A DNA stretch of 64,000 nucleotides, taken from NCBI GenBank assembly GCA_041667145.1, contig JBAYFP010000002.1, forward strand, positions 14,436 to 78,435, given 5' to 3'. Every line of letters starts with the position of its first letter. The first letter of the stretch is position 1. Shown here in pieces: positions 61,299 to 64,000 of the stretch. A model generated the notes under the pieces. The model was given only the letters and a program-made list of their open reading frames with translations. It did no database searches and had not been told where the DNA came from. The position numbers were made by a program, and so were the translations under genes. The stretch comes from Minisyncoccota bacterium. GTDB lineage: Bacteria > Patescibacteriota > Minisyncoccia > Phycocordibacterales > UBA9973.

Positions 61299-61904
61299 AT
61301 GTTAGATTCTATATTAAACTTAGATTTGGCGATGTTGATAAAGACTATCGGTTATCTTGGAATATTCTTTGTAATATTTGCTGAGTCAGGATTATTTTTT
61401 GGATTCTTTTTCCCTGGAGATTCACTTCTATTCACCGCTGGGCTGCTCGCATCCCAAGGATATTTCGACATTTCTATTTTAGCTTTACTCACTACTTTTG
61501 GTGCAATCTTAGGAGATCAAGTCGGATATTTTTTTGGCAAAAAAGTAGGACCTAAGATTTTCACTCGTGATGATTCATTTTATTTCAAAAAAAGATATAT
61601 CACTGATGCAGAAAATTTCTACCAAAAATACGGAAAGAAAACTATCATTTTAGCTCGTTTTGTTCCTGTCATTCGTACCTTTGTACCGATACTTGCTGGT
61701 GTAGGGAAAATGCATTACAAAACTTTCGTCACCTATAACATCATCGGAGGGCTGATATGGGGACTAGGTATTCCCCTACTGGGATATTTCTTAGGAGAGG
61801 CTATCCCAAACGTTGATAAGTATTTATTACCAATAATTTTATTGATAATTTTTACTTCTTTCTTGCCTACAATTTTCTCATTTATCCACAAAACTCAAAA
61901 ATAA
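61299..61904 (+). CDS. DedA-family (SNARE-associated) membrane protein
   Basis: GDSLLFTAGLLASQGYF...GDQVGYFFGKKVGPKIF are the DedA motifs. Confidence 0.8.
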   Translation: MLDSILNLDLAMLIKTIGYLGIFFVIFAESGLFFGFFFPGDSLLFTAGLLASQGYFDISILALLTTFGAILGDQVGYFFGKKVGPKIFTRDDSFYFKKRYITDAENFYQKYGKKTIILARFVPVIRTFVPILAGVGKMHYKTFVTYNIIGGLIWGLGIPLLGYFLGEAIPNVDKYLLPIILLIIFTSFLPTIFSFIHKTQK

Positions 61905-61979
61905 ATATCCCCGATGAACATTTCTATTCATCGGGGATGATTATTAAAAAAAATAAACAATTCACAATCTAATAGTGAA

Positions 61980-63980
61980 TTATTTTAGAAGAATCATTTT
62001 TCTAACTAACAAATAATCCTCCCCTATACTCATATGATAAAAATAAATTCCGGATGGAAATTTACTCCCATCAAATGTTATCATCTTATATCCTGCGTCT
62101 TCCATTCCATCGACTAATGTCGTCACTTTCTGACCGAGCATATTATAAACTTCTAGAGTCACATGTCTCGCTTCAGGGAGTTCATAATTAATCATGGTTG
62201 TGGGATTGAACGGATTAGGGTGGTTCTGTGAAAGAGAAAACTCTTTTGGAATTATTTTCTCTTCATCCACAAAATCACCCGGAGGCAGAGGAGGCAGCTC
62301 GTTTATTGGAACGACATGAATGGTTTTTTGTTGGGGCTCACTACCATCGCTAAGAGCCATTATTATGGCCCCTTCACTGCTCGCATGAACCCAGTAAGCA
62401 CAACCAGGTGCAATAGTGTCGGATTTTACATACTCTCCATCAATAAAAACGTAAAAATCCGATAGTTGCATATCTGTCGGTATGCTTTTAATATTACCCA
62501 ATGTCACCGAATCAACTAAAGATCCGATGAAATTCCATCCTGTCTTCACAAAAAACGTGTCCAACATTTTTGGTTGATAACCACCATACCAACCAAAAAA
62601 ACTTTTCTTCGTTTTTATCCAATATCCCTTTCTAGGGTAAAGGGTATCTGTTGTTTGATACCCCATTGTGTACATAAAAAACGGTTTTAGAAAAACAGAC
62701 GAATCCGAATCAAAACCGTCCGTATACAACTTAATGGGATAAAACGGGAAAGAAAACGATGTCCAACCAGGGGCTGTAAATATATTTTGGTATCTTACAC
62801 CACTTACCTTCGTCTTAAATTTCCATTCTTCGGACCACAACCCTGTATCTGCACCAAAAATAACGCGAACTTTCCAAGTATGCCATAATCCAGACGGATA
62901 TTGACTGGATGGAACACAACTTGTGTCGGTACCAGATACTATTCCGTCGTAATAAGTAACCGTGTCCGAAGTCGAAATATAATCTATTTGTGAAGGAATT
63001 ATGGTTATTTTTATCTGATATGCGGTAGCTCCTTCTACCGCATTCCACATGAATTTCAAATAGGAATACGGGTATGGGGGGGTTGGCTCAACTAGTCTCC
63101 TGCCGTTTTGTGGCGATACAAGTGCCACAATTCTTGAAACTAAATTCACCCTAATTGGTGAATCGTCTCCATTATAGTAAATATATAACGACCCCGAAAC
63201 ACCACCAGGATTACCAGTCGGCTGGAACTTTACTAAGACGTTTTTTGTCATACCCGGCAACAAACTTACACGCTCTGCGTAAGGTCCACCTATTATAACA
63301 AAATTACTATTATTAATTCTTATAGCCCCCGGATAGTAAATGGTATCGGAACTTATATTTTCCAACACCAGTGTATCGATCTCTCCGACAACATTGTAAT
63401 TCAATTCTTTTTTGGACACATTTAATTGTGCCCGAGAAACATGAAAATCCGCTCTCTGATAAAAAAGAGCCAACTTACCTGACGAAACTTTCGCAGGTTT
63501 CATCATATGAATTGAATTATCTGATACTCCCAATTGAATTCCATAATGGAATTCATAACCGGAGCTGGATCCAACGCCATTCATTGCTGAGAACTTACGC
63601 CAATCTAAAGAATTAAATGTATAACTAACAACATCGGCAACTTCATCTTGGATTAGTGACACAGCGTGAATATTGTTGGTATTGCCAGCGTAAAACCAGT
63701 AAATAGCCATACCATTACAATCATACGGCCCATTCTCTAGAAGCCAACTTACGCCAGCATCTGGAGAAATTCTGACGCTTGGACTATAATTCCCCAGCCC
63801 GTCACTTTGTTGCCAAGTAACCATCAAGTTGTTGCCAACACCAGTGATAAATGGATTAAGCCCAGGACGGTTATCAAGATTCGAGAGTATGATCGACTCA
63901 CTCCAACCACCATTAGCATAGTTTTTATAATAGATCTCCTCTGTATTGCCATTCAAAGGAGGATATCCAGTAAAAACCAT
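61980..63980 (-). CDS. large secreted beta-rich protein with a T9SS-type (Por secretion) C-terminal sorting domain; the N-terminus may continue beyond the window end
   Basis: The C-terminal ~85 aa, SQNHPNPFNPTTMINYELPEARHVTLEVYNMLGQKVTTLVDGMEDAGYKMITFDGSKFPSGIYFYHMSIGEDYLLVRKMILLK, match the type-A CTD consensus (NPFNP...V.L.VYN.LGQ.V.TLV......G.Y...FD.S...SGIYFY......V.KM.LLK). Confidence 0.7.
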   Translation of the reverse strand: MVFTGYPPLNGNTEEIYYKNYANGGWSESIILSNLDNRPGLNPFITGVGNNLMVTWQQSDGLGNYSPSVRISPDAGVSWLLENGPYDCNGMAIYWFYAGNTNNIHAVSLIQDEVADVVSYTFNSLDWRKFSAMNGVGSSSGYEFHYGIQLGVSDNSIHMMKPAKVSSGKLALFYQRADFHVSRAQLNVSKKELNYNVVGEIDTLVLENISSDTIYYPGAIRINNSNFVIIGGPYAERVSLLPGMTKNVLVKFQPTGNPGGVSGSLYIYYNGDDSPIRVNLVSRIVALVSPQNGRRLVEPTPPYPYSYLKFMWNAVEGATAYQIKITIIPSQIDYISTSDTVTYYDGIVSGTDTSCVPSSQYPSGLWHTWKVRVIFGADTGLWSEEWKFKTKVSGVRYQNIFTAPGWTSFSFPFYPIKLYTDGFDSDSSVFLKPFFMYTMGYQTTDTLYPRKGYWIKTKKSFFGWYGGYQPKMLDTFFVKTGWNFIGSLVDSVTLGNIKSIPTDMQLSDFYVFIDGEYVKSDTIAPGCAYWVHASSEGAIIMALSDGSEPQQKTIHVVPINELPPLPPGDFVDEEKIIPKEFSLSQNHPNPFNPTTMINYELPEARHVTLEVYNMLGQKVTTLVDGMEDAGYKMITFDGSKFPSGIYFYHMSIGEDYLLVRKMILLK

Positions 63981-64000
63981 GTGAACTTTTCCTCCCGGGG

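Overview
This is an AT-rich (roughly 30-35% GC by eye), gene-dense bacterial chromosomal segment. Its shortened housekeeping genes (short ProRS/PheT/ThrRS, compact RpoB, L32 with zinc ribbon) and monoderm-style type IV pilus/competence genes resemble a streamlined uncultivated lineage, most likely CPR/Patescibacteria-like. That assignment is inference, and standard code 11 fits (TGA and TAG both act as stops).

Gene content, in order:
- partial tgt;
- a large Cys-rich repeat protein;
- mreC, mreB, proS, rpsB, tsf, tRNA-Thr;
- a processive GT2 glycosyltransferase and a DUF378 membrane protein;
- a co-directional rpoB-rpoC-dnaG-rpoD block, with rpoC interrupted by one in-frame TAG;
- a small accessory island holding an IS200-like/RAYT HUH transposase flanked by inverted 16-nt GC-rich REP hairpins, a frameshifted patatin-like phospholipase and a third REP copy;
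- trmD, KH protein, rpsP, rnr, a PBP(S11)-CapA fusion, two hypotheticals (one with a Cas2/VapD-like motif flanked by palindromes);
- SMC-like ATPase, rnc, a NusB-NUDIX fusion, rpmF, thrS, a family-4 UDG, gyrB, pheT, pheS;
- a UvrD-like helicase with a Cas4-like nuclease tail, a cupin, tRNA-Ser, ligA;
- a complete type IV pilus cluster (4 minor pilins, pilD, 2 tandem pilins, pilC, pilT, a response regulator, pilB, a Cys tandem-repeat protein, pilO, pilN, pilM) next to comFC;
- a DsbA-like oxidoreductase, DedA, and a secreted protein with a T9SS-type C-terminal sorting domain.

The most unusual signal is at nucleotide level. Short (about 30-60 nt), conspicuously GC-rich, hairpin-forming elements are inserted in frame inside conserved housekeeping genes (ligA at least 4-5 times, pheT twice, trmD, rnr, smc, probably dnaG). 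They add Gly/Pro/Thr/Gln-rich loops at positions where orthologs have none. Several copies share nucleotide identity across genes while being read in different reading frames. One intragenic copy in ligA carries the same 'cagctaggcaa' core as the REPs flanking the RAYT transposase. This looks like an undescribed intragenic selfish palindromic element family, analogous to Rickettsia palindromic elements, co-resident with a candidate mobilising RAYT.
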